Numbered from the stretch's first letter, positions 38,651 to 52,054 are shown. The stretch: 64,000 nucleotides of DNA from Octopus bimaculoides (GCF_001194135.2 NC_068985.1:72303831-72367830); one strand, 5' to 3'. A program made the numbers and translations. The notes: generated by a model not told the origin, from the sequence alone.

Positions 38651-41637
38651 TTGGTAAGCAGAAAGATTGAAATAAAAGAAAGAAATAGAAAAATCTGACA
38701 CAAAAAAAAATATTGTGTTGCTATTTTAAAATTTTAGTAATTATTGATATTTCTATATAAAGGAGACTTTTTTATATTCTATCTGGTGAAATATATGGAG
38801 CTATATAGAATATGTTTTTCATAAAAGAAGTAGGATTGGGTTTTCTATCACCTGCAGACAACAGGTATTTTGTTTTTTGGACAAGATAACTAACTCTATT
38901 TAATGTTTTATCATGCCAATTAATGAAGAACAGACATAAACTTGTATTAATGCAAGGAAATGATGTACTAGTGATTTCCACTTGTATGTTTCAATTGTTT
39001 GCCCTAACTCCACTTTTCAAGAAACACAATGATGCATTTTACCTTGGATTTATATGATAAATATAAACATTAATTTCTTTTGACCTTGTATGCTGGTAAT
39101 GTGTTTCCAAGGGAGCTACTGTAGGTATTAATTAATTTTCCCAGAAGAGAACAGCTAATTATATCAACTCCAGCAGGTGACCAGTGCTGATTTTATCAAC
39201 CTAGGAAGGGTTAAAAACAAAGTTGACTTAAGCAGGATTTGAACTCGGTATGCAACAAAATACTGCAAGGAATTTTTTAGTGTTTCTATCATACTTATAA
39301 TTCCCTGTTTTCCAATACTAAGTATTGATTGATTGATTTGATTATTGGTAATTATGAGTATTTTGTTGCATTCAGTTGAAACAATGATTATTTTTCATCA
39401 TTATTATTTCTCACACCATTCGTTACGTTAGTGACTGGACCTCAGAGTGCCAACTCAAAGCTTCCTACCAATCCAAATCCTTCATTCATTTGTATGTTTT
39501 GTTTTATTTCTCATTCAACCTCAGTCAACAATTTTTCTAAATTGTAAGCTTAAACTAAATTAAATGCAAAATCACTTGAAACTAGCAGCTAAACTACACT
39601 CAAATCACACTCTTCTATTGCAAAAAGTGATCCCATTTGAAACTGTACTGCTAGATGCATTACTTCAGATCAAAAATAATGAAATAAACATTGCTATAAC
39701 ATTGTTGGTCATAAGTCTGTTTGATTTGTGACTAGACAAAACCAGCTAAAGCTAAACATGCTGCCACTACCTCTTTGACTTACATAACTGTCAGATGCTG
39801 CAATCTCATGCCACCATTTTTCATCATACTACACTGATATTATGTAAAACATTATGCAGCACAATTAGCAACAATACGGAAAGGCATATCTATATGTTTA
39901 TAACACATTCACTCTTGCTATAGGATCAGCCTGAAGACAATACTATCAATTAAATCACAAATTGATTCCTACATTGTCAGTAAGGTAACTTGTCAAAGAT
40001 ATTTTGGGTTGATTTGCCCAGACGCTATTCTCCAGCATGACTAAATATTTTAAACATAAAAATATGTCAACATTTATTTATTATATTCCACTTCACTAAA
40101 TTTCGGTTGCTTAACAATAAGTCTTTACCAACAACATAACAAATTTCTTTTAATGAGTCAGTTACTACGGTAAGAAAGTATATATATTTAATCTAACTTC
40201 AGTATCATTGGTTTTAATTTTATCAATTCTACTGAGATTTCTAATTGGCAACTGTGAAGTGTCAGATCAAGTAGCAATAACACACTAGTCCCAGCATTCT
40301 ATTGTTCACCTCATCTCCCTTACTTTTGTAATGTAGAAAATATTTGCAATAGCACTCCTATGCAGTCACAATATCTCTCCTAATGCTAACTAAATATCTT
40401 TCAATCAACTCCATAGAATCTTTACAAAAAGAGATAATATGAACCAATGATAGGCAAGTTTTCTACCTAATCTCACAAACAGTGATGCTTTTAAATGGAT
40501 GCTTTTTATCTGCCAGAAATAATAACCAAATATTTCTCAAATCACAGCTTGCTATCTTTAAAAAACAAAATAACAACACATTAGATAAGATAGTCTGAGG
40601 TATGCATAAAGATACAGGAACATGTATGGCTGGAATAGTTCTGTTCAGTTAGGGATGACCTGGGATTAAACAACAGCTTATTCAGTACAGCAAACATTTT
40701 TATTGATGCCCTAAATTTTAGAGCAGTGTGTCTATATAAGCAATTCAGATGTCTTGTAGATTATCAAACAGATTATGTTTCTTTAATTAGTTATTTCTAT
40801 GTTATCTACTTGAGTAGACCTGGCAGAGGAAGAGCTACAAGACAAATAGGGAACAAACAAATAGGTAACATTTATGAGGTTGCTAAACCTACTAGAAATG
40901 GTGGCAAAACTAACACACAACTGCCTTAAAAAGAAAAGGGAATACGCATTAAATAATGTAGATAGTCCTGATCAGACTATGTTTTGTAAAAGACAGAATT
41001 GTCGCAGCTGGAATGCCTTCAATTATAAAGCTGCTAATCAGAGATGACTTGAAATTCAGCAATAACTACATCTACAATAAGGACCCTATGCATAAATTAA
41101 GGGCAATTAAGCTAGCACCAAATAGATTCCATGAGCTGATCTCAAATTCATTACTAATTCTCTTGAAAAGATTGAACATCACACACTTTTTCTTGAAAGG
41201 AAATAGAAGGAAAAATGCTTAATTACAAAAAATAAAATATCAGTTACATCACAAAAGAGTTATGTTAGTCAATTAAAACACACAGACATGCCACTACATT
41301 CAGTTTTATTTCTTAATTGTATTGTATATTTATGACCTGATCACTAGAGTAAACATGAAAGACTTTCTTTCTAAAACTAAACTCAATACGTTTCCTTTAT
41401 TTTAAAGTAAATTTGTAGATGAGTCATTCATTTGTTTTATTATTTATTTAATTTTTTTTTTTGTGAGCTATTCTCTTAAATATAGTTATAGTTTTTAAAA
41501 CTTTTAATCTTTAATAAAACCTCCTCCAGTAGCACAATTAGAAACCTTCATACTTCATTAAGCCTTTTACAAAAAAATAAAAAAATTGTTTTAAAGAGTA
41601 AAAACTAGTTTCATCATCTTATATATTGCTTACACAG

Positions 41638-41772
41638 GCAAGAAGCACCATCCACGTCGACATCACCGAGCAACTCGTCCCACAAGTCCCTATAGCACTG
41701 ATAGTAATTTTAGTGCTGTAGTTCATAAACCTTACCCCAAGTCACAGCGCAAGAAGCAGCTCATGGAACAAG
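41638..41772 (+). CDS. robo: Robo homolog, next cytoplasmic-tail exon (135 bp, phase 1-1)
   Basis: Acceptor ttgcttacacag|, donor CAAG|gtcagt. In frame with the previous exon: (G)KKHHPRRHHRATRPTSPYSTDSNFSAVVHKPYPKSQRKKQLMEQ(G). RPTSPYSTDSNFSAVV matches ROBO1 RPTSPVSTDSNMSAAV. Intron 30522-41637 is 11116 bp. Confidence 0.92.
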
Positions 41773-41889
41773 GTCAGTATTCATTATGGAGTATGAAGGG
41801 TTAAAAAATAGCAGTTTTGTTGTTTTGATAACCCCCCACCAACTGTTTATAACTTTATAATAATGCAAGGTATTGTTGATAATGTATTT

Positions 41890-42950
41890 CCTACATATTG
41901 TAACATATGAGAGTATTGTAATGTGCCAGCTGTATATGTGAAGGCATGCTAATGTATCAGCTATATATTTTAATACAAAGTATAGTATCAATTACATATT
42001 GTATCACAATACATTATCAGTTTTATATATAATAAATGGTAATGTATCATTGACATGTTGTTAGTCACAGTAATCTGTCATCATCACCATTGATCATTAT
42101 TTTATATCCAAGCTGGCATGAGTTGGATGGGTTTTCTGAAGCAGTCTTTTACAGTCAGATACCCTTCATGTTGCTAATCCTTTTAGTTCACTTCTTACAT
42201 CGCATTGGAACATGGTGTACATATAGACTGGGCACTCTGTCAGTGATGACAATGAGCATCCCTGTGGATTCAATCAACAGAACACCCTGCTTGTGAAATT
42301 CGCATACATGTGGTTGAGTACTCTACAAAGTCATGTAGCCTTAACATAGTTCTCAGCGGCATTCAGTGTGACATACCATATGTGACAAGGCTGGCCATTG
42401 AACTACAGGTACAAGTCATTTTTTCCAGCTGTACCTATTCCACTCATGTAAAACACAGTAATATACACCTATGTATTGTAACAGCACTAGATACATAACA
42501 ACTGTAATATGTTTTATTACAGATTAATACATCGTCTACATAATGTAACAGAAATTAATGCTTACATTGTATAATGCAATAATATGTCTATATATTGTGA
42601 CAGTACTATATACATTACAAAAAGTAATATATCAGGTATATATTTTGAAAATATATCATAAATGTATAGTGTAATATGCAGTGATACATAAGTAATATAT
42701 CTTACATATTGTAACACAGTAACATAACAGCTTTATATTGTATGTAGAGTAATATGTCAGCTACTGAGTGTAATACAGTTGTATATTAGCTATACATTGT
42801 AATACAGTAATATATTAGCTACAAATTGTAACACTTGGTAGTACTCTATCAACTGCATATCTTAACAGACAACACTATATCAATCACATGTAATATAAAA
42901 TAATGTGTCAATTTGTGTACAGTAATGCATAGTAATACATTATCCACATA
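41890..42950. repeat. Old ~31-bp minisatellite interrupted by SINEs
   Basis: Units like gtaatatatcagctacatattgtaatacaca recur at 41890-42070 and 42450-42950, and weakly at 43640-43700 and 43945-44040. Confidence 0.6.
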
Positions 42951-43418
42951 TCATCTTTGAGGCATGATAATGTGATCAAGAAGTTGGTATTGTAATAATG
43001 TTGTTACTGATTCATTCCCACTGCACAGTACCTTTGGAAAGTGTCTTCTACCATAACCTCAGGTCAATCTAAGCTTTATGACTTAAATTGGGTAGACAGA
43101 AACTGTGAAAATCTGTCAGATAGACTACAGCTATTTTAATTGGGAGCTGTAACTCAGTTTAACATCACCATCTGGCTCTTGAACGTCTTCAATAGAGTCC
43201 CCTATGTTACAAGTATTCATACCAGGCCTGAAGAGATCTTGACATTTTGATTCACTCTTTCCAACTACAGCAAAACTCCTGAGTTCTGTTTCGGGTTTTT
43301 TTTTTTCTGCCATTAGTTCTAATGGTTGTACCAGAAATCCATATTTGTTATCCTTTTACTTCAGACAAAGCCAGATTAAAAAAAAAAAAAGAAAGAAGTC
43401 TGATAATATTTTAGTATA

Positions 43419-43636
43419 TAAGACAGCAAGCTGGCAGAATCATTAGCATGCTGGGCAAAATACTTAGCAGTATTTCGTCTGTCTTTACGTTCTGAGTTCA
43501 AATTCTGCTGAGATCAACTTTGCCTTTCATCTTTTTAGGATTGATAAAATAAGTGGCAATTGATTACTGGGTTTGACATAATCAATTCATCCCCTCCCCT
43601 GAAATTGCTAGCCTTGTACCAAAATTTGATATCAAT
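43419..43636 (+). mobile_element. SINE family B
   Basis: Collinear with 23787-23990. Confidence 0.85.
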
Positions 43637-43741
43637 ATTTCAGTTTATATGTTATACAGTGGTAATGTAATCAGTTACACAAATGAAAGGTAATATGTTG
43701 GCACTTTAAAGTATCCCATCATTAAAATATCCCTTCTTGTT

Positions 43742-43942
43742 TTGGTTCAAGATCAGCAATTTTTAAGGGTGGGAAAGTCAGTTACATTGACTCCAGTGCT
43801 CAACTGGTACTATTTTATTGATTTCAAGAGGATGAAAGGCAAAGTCAACCTTGGCAGCATTTGAACTCAGAATGTAAAGTGCCAGAAGAAATGCCACCAA
43901 GCATTTTGTCTGGCGTGGTAACAATTCTGCCAGCTCACTGTC
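43742..43942 (-). mobile_element. SINE family B, inverted relative to 43419-43636
   Basis: Reverse-complement match of the family. Confidence 0.85.
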
Positions 43943-44621
43943 TGTAACACAGTTGTAACAATGTGTAATGGATCAACATGCTTTAATATAGTGATGATAT
44001 GCTGTAACACACTAGTTATATACTGTGACACTTAATAGCCCTGTTTATATGTCTTTTATTTGCCCTTGTATGGAATACTGTGCCATATTTGGACTGGGCC
44101 TTTACTAGTGTTCTTTATCTCTGTAAACAGGTTTAAAAACTTGGTTCTGTTTTGGTTGCAAAACCACAACTTCTCTCTCTCATAACTGAGACATTACTAC
44201 TTTTTCTCTATGTTACAATTCTTCCATAGTCATTGTACTTTCTCACAAACATTCTTCTCTTGTTCCTCTCATCTTTCTACTAATTCTCATCCATTCACTG
44301 TTGTCTTCCCGTGTAAGAACGTTTCTATTCCAGTAGTTTTTTTACTTGCATCTATCTTACAGAACCCTCTACATTCTTGTTTCTGTGATAAATATGATCT
44401 TAATTTATTTAAATCATTTATTGATCATTTTGTAACCAACTTCTCATTAGATCTTTTCTTCTTTTTATGTCACTCTCATTAAATTAAATAGTTTTTTTTT
44501 AGGCCTGTTTTATTACAGGTTATTTTCCACCTTGTTAGGAATAACTTCTAACAGAAAAAAAGCACAATACCATAATATTATAATGTACTATTGACATATG
44601 CTAATAAGGTAGCCTCTACTT

Positions 44622-44877
44622 CAGTGTTTCTCAACTATTTTTTACCTATAAACCATTTGATTCCTATTTTACTCTACTGACCCTTCCTAGCCATTCAATG
44701 TTTAAAAATCCTATTATATTTTTATAATTAAATATTATTTGGAATTGTATAAAAAAAAGATTGCTTAAATATTGTGTGTATTGTAGAAGAAGAACCAATT
44801 TATTGCAGATAAATTTTACCAACAAAATCTGATATGGAGCCCTCAAGGACCATATGAACCCCAGTTGAGAACTACTG
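44622..44877. mobile_element. hAT (Charlie-like) MITE, 256 bp
   Basis: TIRs CAGTGTTTCTCAACT / AGTTGAGAACTACTG (13/15). Flanking 8-mers CTCTACTT and ATCTATAT resemble an nTCTAnnn target. Confidence 0.75.
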
Positions 44878-45174
44878 ATCTATATGGTTGCTCACCTTGC
44901 TAGAAATATCAAGAAAATCTCCCTCAGATCATACCATTTAAAAAAGAGAAGATGTATTGAACTATGTTGCCTTAGATACACAATTCCTGAAACAATGGTA
45001 TAGACATGGCTGGCTAGAATATGTTTGCTCTGTAAAAAGTTGACCCAAAGCTAAATAATAACAAAAATATTGTTATGCATTAGTCACATTGGTCATTTAA
45101 GATTATTGACACCTCAATTGCAATGTCTTCTTGTATTTTAAAGAACCTGGTTTGTTTGCTGGGAAATTAATCAA

Positions 45175-45561
45175 AGGTGCATGGCTGTGTGATAAGAAGC
45201 TTCTTTTCCAACTATATAGTTCAGAGTTTAATCCCACTGTGTGACACCTTGGGCAAGTGTCTTCTACTATAACCTCTGCTGACCAAAGCCTTGTGAGTGG
45301 ATTTCATAGATGGAAACTGAAAGAAGCTCATAGTATATATATATTTGTGTGTCTGTGTTTGACCCCCATACCACCACTTGACACCCAGTGTTGGTGTGTT
45401 TATGTGCCTGTAACTTTGCAGTTCAGTAAAAGAGATTGATAGATTAAGTACCAGGCTTTTAAAGAAAAAGTGTTGGGGTCAAGTCATTCGATTAAAAATT
45501 CTTCAAGTTGGTGTTCCAGCATGGCCACAGTCTAATGACTGAAACGATAAAAAGATAAAAG
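45175..45561 (+). mobile_element. SINE family A, full length
   Basis: Collinear with 19311-19720. Confidence 0.85.
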
Positions 45562-46423
45562 GTTAAAGATGGAAATGTCATACAAAATGCCTTGAAGTGT
45601 TTATTCTCCCACCTTGTTTTGAGTTCAGTTCCCATCAATGTCAACTTTGCCTTTCATCCTTCAGGGGTTATTATATAAAGTACCAGTCAAGGGTGAACTG
45701 TCAGAAATGTTAGAATGTAGTAATTGTTCTAACTCAGTATTCTGATTTCAAAATCTAGTCATGGTCCACTTGGGTGGTAGACTAGTCTGTCACCTAGTTT
45801 AACACCACCACCTGATCCTTTTAGCAGTCTATTCATAGTCACATCTCTGATGCAATGATATCTTCCTCTCTCCCTGTCTCCTTCCAATCTTAGAAGCCAA
45901 GTAAAGACTTATAGTCACAGCCTATACTTTCTAAGAAATTTTTTTAAATGACTTTTATTTATCTAACCTTTGAGGTGTTAAAATTGTTGTCTCTAACAGT
46001 TCCATTGCAACTGTTTGAAGTTTAGTTAATGGCTGGGTCTTATAGATATCAGAGTTTTTTTGTTTTTTTTTTCAGGTAGCTTTCTTTTCTTTCTTATTGA
46101 ATTTACAGATAAATAGGTCAATTGTATTCATATTGATTTCTTTGACTTCTTGATGTTAGTCATCAGTTGGTCATTTTTAGTTACTTGCAGGTTCTATACA
46201 CTTGTCTGTTTATGTTTTGTTTATGTCATCATTCCTTTTTTTTCCTCTTTTTAGACAAGTACATCTCTGAAATAAAGGTTGATAATATACAGTAATTCCC
46301 CAGCAATGTAGAATATGATTATATCTATAATAAACATACTGCCAATTTGTCTCAGTCAATTTTCAGTATATACAAGGCTTGCAGGGGAAGAAGGTTGTTA
46401 AATACCTGTACCTTTATACATTA

Positions 46424-46612
46424 GTTGTTGTTGTTGTAGCTTTGATCAAGTAGATCTATACTGAAGGCATTCCAGACATGACGACCCTGTCTTTTTGCAT
46501 ATCTATGACTACATTATCTGGACTGTTATTTCCTTTTTTCTTTTTTTAAGACAGTACAGTAACTGTGTAATTCAAAAGAGATTTGACTGATATTTTTAGC
46601 ATGTTGTGTGGT
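46424..46612 (+). repeat. Unclassified dispersed repeat family H
   Basis: Motifs agatctat..tgaaggcattccagacatgac and gatttg..tgctatttctagc. Other copies at about 14181-14370, 26035-26110, 58113-58330, 35655-35830 (-) and 34860-34980 (-). Confidence 0.6.
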
Positions 46613-46699
46613 TACTGAGAATCCATCACTGGGTTACTGTGAACCAATTGAAGTCTAATGATATCATTCATCTTATGAGATTGATTGAGATTTTAAGTT

Positions 46700-46950
46700 A
46701 AATCACATAAAATACACCATTTTGAGTATGGCCGTTGCCAGTACCGCCTGACTGGCCTTCATGCGGGTGACACGTAAAAGCACCCACTACATTCTCAGAG
46801 TGGCTGGTGTTAGGAAGGGCATCCAGCTGTAGAAACTCTGCCAAATCAGATTGGAGCCTGGTGTAGCCATCTGGTTTCACCATTCCTCAGTCAAATCGTC
46901 CAACCCATGCTAGCATGGAAAGTGGACGTAAAACGACGATGATGATGATG
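46700..46950 (+). mobile_element. RTE-tailed retroposon (family C)
   Basis: Same sequence family, more diverged, (ATG)n tail. Confidence 0.85.
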
Positions 46951-47539
46951 AACACTTTGGTACTGGTTGTCTCTGACAGTTTAACACTAGAAGGATTAGA
47001 CAGCATACACAGTGGCAGATCTAACAGTTTCACTATCATACTGTTGCATCTTTGATCAAATAGTAAAGTACAATGAATCTTCAGAAGCTGCACTGAGCTT
47101 TATGTATCTTAAAAAAAAAAAGAACAATGTCATGTTAGATATACTATATCTGAATGCTCCTCTCTCCCCACTCCTATTCCCCCTAATCCTGAGAAAGGTC
47201 AGAACTTTAATCATAGTTCTCAGTTTGAGACGACCCAGGGCTAAACAGTAATGATGACAACATATGCAAATATGAACCCTATTATCATGCATATCAAACA
47301 TACATGGGTAATAAAAGTCATACAACCAAATATGTATTTTACACACAGTTTATTGGAAGTTTTACAACAGCCATGCAAGATGTGTGCCTTAAATTAAAAG
47401 CATAAATGAAATCTAAAACTGAAGCAGAAGATAAAAGAATAGTTTAAATAGACATTTTGACCAGAGATCTATGTGATCTATGTTTATGACTTCCTGTAAG
47501 GAGCTGACACTCCCTACAGAGAACTCTTTTTTTTTTCTT

Positions 47540-47800
47540 TAAAAAAAAAGGAAGAACTAAGTTTTTTCTGTAGAAAATTAATAATTCATGTTGAGAATTG
47601 GAGCTTCTTACTGAGAATTGAGACACCCTGTAGAAAACTAGGAATTTCTATAGAGAATTAAATCTTTCAGTGTGCAACTGAGACCTTCTGTAAGGAATCA
47701 AATATCCTTGTAGAGAATTGAGAGACTGTGTATGAAACTGAACTTTCCTTTAGTGAATTGAGTCTTTTTGTAGAGAAGCAATATTTCTTGAAGAGAGCCA
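47540..47800. repeat. Degenerate short-unit minisatellite
   Basis: Recurring (t/c)tgtagagaatt(g/a)a motif. Confidence 0.5.
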
Positions 47801-48115
47801 ATATGATTTTTAGTTAAAAAAAAAATAACGAATTTCATCAGATTTACATGTCTTTTTGTTCAATTTTGTGACTCCTGGTTATTCATTCATAAATGATCTC
47901 TGTTGCTGCTGTTGCTTTCATTGTTCAACACTACCACCATCATCAACAGCCTCATCTTTATCCTCACAATTGTCCTCTTCCCCATCATTATGATTATTTT
48001 AGCTTCCTGCTCAAACATTCTTAGAGAGTGTCTTACATTTGTATGGTGGTAAGAGTAATTTATATGACGTAACTTTACTTTAAAAAGCGGAATGTACAAT
48101 TTCCTGTAATTCAGA

Positions 48116-48400
48116 CTACTTCATGGTCCCAGCAGACAAACTGCAAAAGGTATTACCACAGAGGATGGCAAGGAAGATGTGCTCAAACAGCCACTCCAAC
48201 TCATGGGTCTCTTTCAGATAGCCATCTCTGCCATGACAGCTGTGAGCAGTGATATGGTCTGGAGGCTAAGAACACCAGAGGTCTCCACTGCCACAGACTT
48301 AACCATAAATCTGTCATTCTCAGACAGGTCTATGGTTGATTATCATCATTAACATCGCAGTGAAGACACTGAACAACCTACATCCTTGATGATACTTGTT
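48116..48400 (-). mobile_element. CRE-clade (restriction-like endonuclease) LINE C-terminal fragment
   Basis: Minus strand gives DLSENDRFMVKSVAVETSGVL and ELEWLFEHIFLAILCGN, resembling the CRE C-terminal P.A.ET.G and W..QR.SLA..RGN motifs. Confidence 0.65.
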
Positions 48401-48816
48401 TGAGCAGATCCATTGTAAAGTGGTAGAACTATTCAATCAATGTTTTAATCATGGACAATTTGTCCGGGTCTTCAGAAAGAGTTACCATCTTTTATCTGTT
48501 ACTTGTTTCAGCGGTCATTCATCTACAGCCATGCTAGTGTACTATCCTGGTGAGTTTAGTCAAACCTAGTACTTACTTTTCTAGTCTCTTCTTGCCAAAC
48601 TGCTAAGTTACATGGATGTAAATAAATTAACACCACTTGACAACTGGTGATAGGGGACAAACACACACACATAGATGTATACATCCATATATATATATAT
48701 GTATGTGGGTATATATATGTATGTATGTATATACATATATATATGTAAATATATATGTATATATATGCATATATATGTATGTTTGTGTATATATGTATGT
48801 ATATGTACATATATGT

Positions 48817-48854
<38 letters not shown>

Positions 48855-48855
48855 G

Positions 48856-48886
<31 letters not shown>

Positions 48887-48939
48887 CTGTATGTATATAT
48901 GTATGTATGTTTATATGTATGTATATACATATATATATA

Positions 48940-50430
48940 GTTGAAATTTATAGAAAAACAAAAGACGAAGATAGATGTATGAACAACAAGCAGGTTTATT
49001 AGTTTGCTGCTCAAGAAAGTGAAAAAGTCTTTTACATTTCGAACCTATAATCTTCAACAGAAAATAAACAGAGAGAATAAAAAAAAAACTTCTGGATTTA
49101 GCAGTCAGGCATAGTGACTGATTAGAAAAACATTTGAAAGAAGAGAAGATGATAAAGTATTGGTGATCCCAAAATGAAGATGCCCATGTGTGTGGATAAG
49201 GGCTAGTGACTTTGATGTATGTGGGTGTGTGCATCTGTAACATGTGGCTGCTCATATAGTGGTATGTGTGGTAATGCTATTGAAGATTGTGTGTGGATGA
49301 TGGTGTGTGGTGTGAGTGCTGGGAAGTGATCAGTGCTAGTGTGTGTTGGGGGGGGGGCAGGGGTTGGGTGTATCAACGAAGAGAAGAAGGGAGTTGAGCC
49401 CATGTAGTGCAAAAGAGCAAAGAGAGAAGATTAATCCTGTTCACAGCAAAGATGGGAGTCTGGATGGCCCCTGTGCAAAGACATTCTGAACATAAGACAG
49501 GTGTTGTAGTGAATGACTGGTAGAGCAGAAATGGTGCTAGATCAGGGTGTCATTGCTGAGTCTGATGTTTTGGAGGTGCTCCGTGAACTGGTCAGCCAAG
49601 TGGCATCCTGTTTGACCAATGTACAGAGAAGGGCAGAAAGAGCAGGAGATGCAGTAAATGACATTGCTAGAAATGCAAGTAAAGTAGACAGTGATATGAC
49701 AGGGATGCTGATGGGTGTCTGTGAGGATGGTAGTGTTGGAGAGGTAAAGGCAATTATGGCAGCATGGGCAAGAGCAAGGGAATGAGCCAGGATGGGAGGT
49801 GGGGTTAAGGAAGAAACTGTGGACCAGTAGGTCATGCAGGTTGTTTGAAGGAGGGAAGGGGTAAGTTTGGGAAGAGGTGGAGGTGTCAGACTGGAGTTAC
49901 TGGAAGGTTCAGAGGGGCAGGATGGAGGAGTGGTAGGGGAAGGGAAACAGGAGACAGGCAATGGCAGGGCAGGTGCAGGGAGACAGAGCAGAGGTACAGT
50001 CTATGGAACGTGCCCTGGCAAGGGCTGTGTAGATAGTGGTGAGGGAATATCCACGAAGGATGAAGTGGTGTGCCATGAGTCTCAAAGTCATGGTTGTTGC
50101 TGCAGAGCCTGTGCAGATGGAGGAATCGGGAGTAGGGGATGGAGAGCTTGGTGTGGAGGAGAAGGAGGTAATGTGAATCGGTGTGTTTGTAGTGGATGGA
50201 GATAGTGAGAGCAAAGTGGGGTATGCTGAGAGAAATGTTGAGAAATGCAACGGAAGTGTTGGAAATAGTGCAGGAGAATTCGAGCGCAGGATGGAAGGAT
50301 TGGACGAAAGAGAGGAAGGAGTTTAGTTGTTCGTGGGAGAGTGAGGTGGCACTGATACAGTCATCAATATAATGACCATATAGTTTGGGAATGGTACCAG
50401 TGAATCATGAGAATATTTGGGCCTCAACAT
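48940..50430 (-). mobile_element. 5'-truncated Penelope-like retroelement (RT C-half, GIY-YIG endonuclease, 3' end)
   Basis: Minus-strand translation gives [11 protein letters not shown] (RT motif, YIDD at 50371-50360), FVQSFHPALEF, HTKLSIPYSRFLHLHRLCS and ILRGYSL. A Cys linker CSCPCCHNC precedes NVIYCISCSFCPSLYIGQTG (VIY 49662-49654, YIG 49623-49615) and FTEHL. Frameshifted. Confidence 0.93.
49031..49064 (-). ncRNA. Degenerate minimal hammerhead-ribozyme motif at the Penelope-like element 3' end
   Basis: Minus strand reads UUUU-CUGUUGA-A-GAUUAUAGGUUC-GAAA-UGUA-AAA, a decayed CUGAUGA..GAAA core at the position where PLEs are known to carry hammerheads. The core A6 is mutated, so probably inactive. 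Confidence 0.45.
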
Positions 50431-50497
50431 ATATGCATATATATGTACATATATATTTATATATATGTGTATATATATATATCTGCATGTATATATG

Positions 50498-50538
<41 letters not shown>

Positions 50539-50556
50539 ATGTATATATATATACAG

Positions 50557-50593
<37 letters not shown>

Positions 50594-51196
50594 AAAGAAG
50601 GTTTGAAAAGGCAATTTTAAAGATGTTTATTGACTTGACCGATTTCACAAGTCAATAAACATCTTTAAAATTGCATTTTCAAACCTTCTCTCATATATTT
50701 CCACTCATGTGGTACATTACAACTTTACTTTGTTTTATATATATGTGTGTATGTGTGTTTGTGTATGAATAGAAAACTTATTATTTCTAAATCACTGAAT
50801 GAGAAATATTCAGTAACAGTACTTTAGAGTAAAGATTACTTGCCAACATAATGTAGCAGTCCTAATTAGGATGAATGTTACTGTTATTTAGCCCCAGGAA
50901 ACATCATCACCAGCTGGCTATCGATGCACTATCTGCCTCCTTATATTTTCGAACAAGGAAATATAAGGACATCCCCACTCAGCTCAGAGCAATATCTGTG
51001 TACCAATGCTTTCTGGGTTATTTCCCATCATCAGCACAGAATAACTGCACTGCTAGAGATGGTGACACAAGACTCTTATTTGAAATATATACATTTCTAA
51101 GTGACACACAGACACTGATCTCATAAATAGAAAAAGTATTATTTTTAAATCTCTGGTATATATATGTATGTGTGTATATAGATATATATATGTATG

Positions 51197-51259
<63 letters not shown>

Positions 51260-51261
51260 GC

Positions 51262-51293
<32 letters not shown>

Positions 51294-51295
51294 GC

Positions 51296-51327
<32 letters not shown>

Positions 51328-51559
51328 GCATATATATATATATGTATGTATATATATATATATATGTATGTATGTATGCATATATATGTATGTATATATG
51401 TATATATGTATGTATATACGTATGTATATATGTATGAATATATGTCTGTATATTCTTTTACCCTTTTACTCATTTCAGCCATGCAGCTGTGGTCATGCTG
51501 GCGCACCAACATAGTCTTTCTGATTTCTCAGTCGGGGTGTTTCACATCACCACTCCTGT

Positions 51560-51975
51560 ATGTGCCTTTCTCCCAGCTGTGGGTACATTTCATGTATAAC
51601 TGAGTTTGATTCTGCAGCCCTCGTCTGTACCTCATGTTGGGCTGTTGGTTCGTTCAGCATTGTGGAGAGAAGGGTGTCTAATTCCTTTTTGAAGACCTCT
51701 AATTCCACCTTATGCAAATTTCTTAATTTTTGTGGTAGGGTATTGAAAAGCTGTAGGCTTTTGAACCCTAGACTATTGCAATACCTAGTCCAGAATTTAG
51801 ATGGAGTGGATGGTACCTTTGGTACAATGCAATGGCAGCCAGTTCTAGCATTTGTATAACACTCAATGTCAAAGTTAGGTACTAACTCTTCTAGGATTTT
51901 CCAAACGAATATTATAGCTCCAAGGAGTAGAGTCGTAGTTTTCTCAGCTTATCCCTATAGCTCATCCAGTGCACT
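51560..51975 (-). mobile_element. CR1-group LINE ORF2 C-terminus
   Basis: Minus strand gives SYRDKLRKLRLYSLE, WKILEELVPNFDIECYTNARTG, YCNSLGF..LQLFNTLP, FKKELD and RAAESNS. Confidence 0.85.
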
Positions 51976-51976
51976 G

Positions 51977-52054
<78 letters not shown>

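Noticed and set aside
43131-43313. 60-aa minus-strand ORF with an internal exon-like stretch
   Set aside because: No recognisable homology; length is within chance expectation.
46050-46085. Strong acceptor followed by GT (ttttttttttcag|GTAGCT) mid-intron as a recursive splice site; similar at 17402
   Set aside because: The regenerated donor is weak, poly-T AG sites are common in this AT-rich DNA, and there is no compatible open exon.
49513-50250. Overlapping ORFs on both strands suggesting a host gene
   Set aside because: Explained by the frameshifted Penelope-like ORF on the minus strand; the plus-strand ORFs are shadows.
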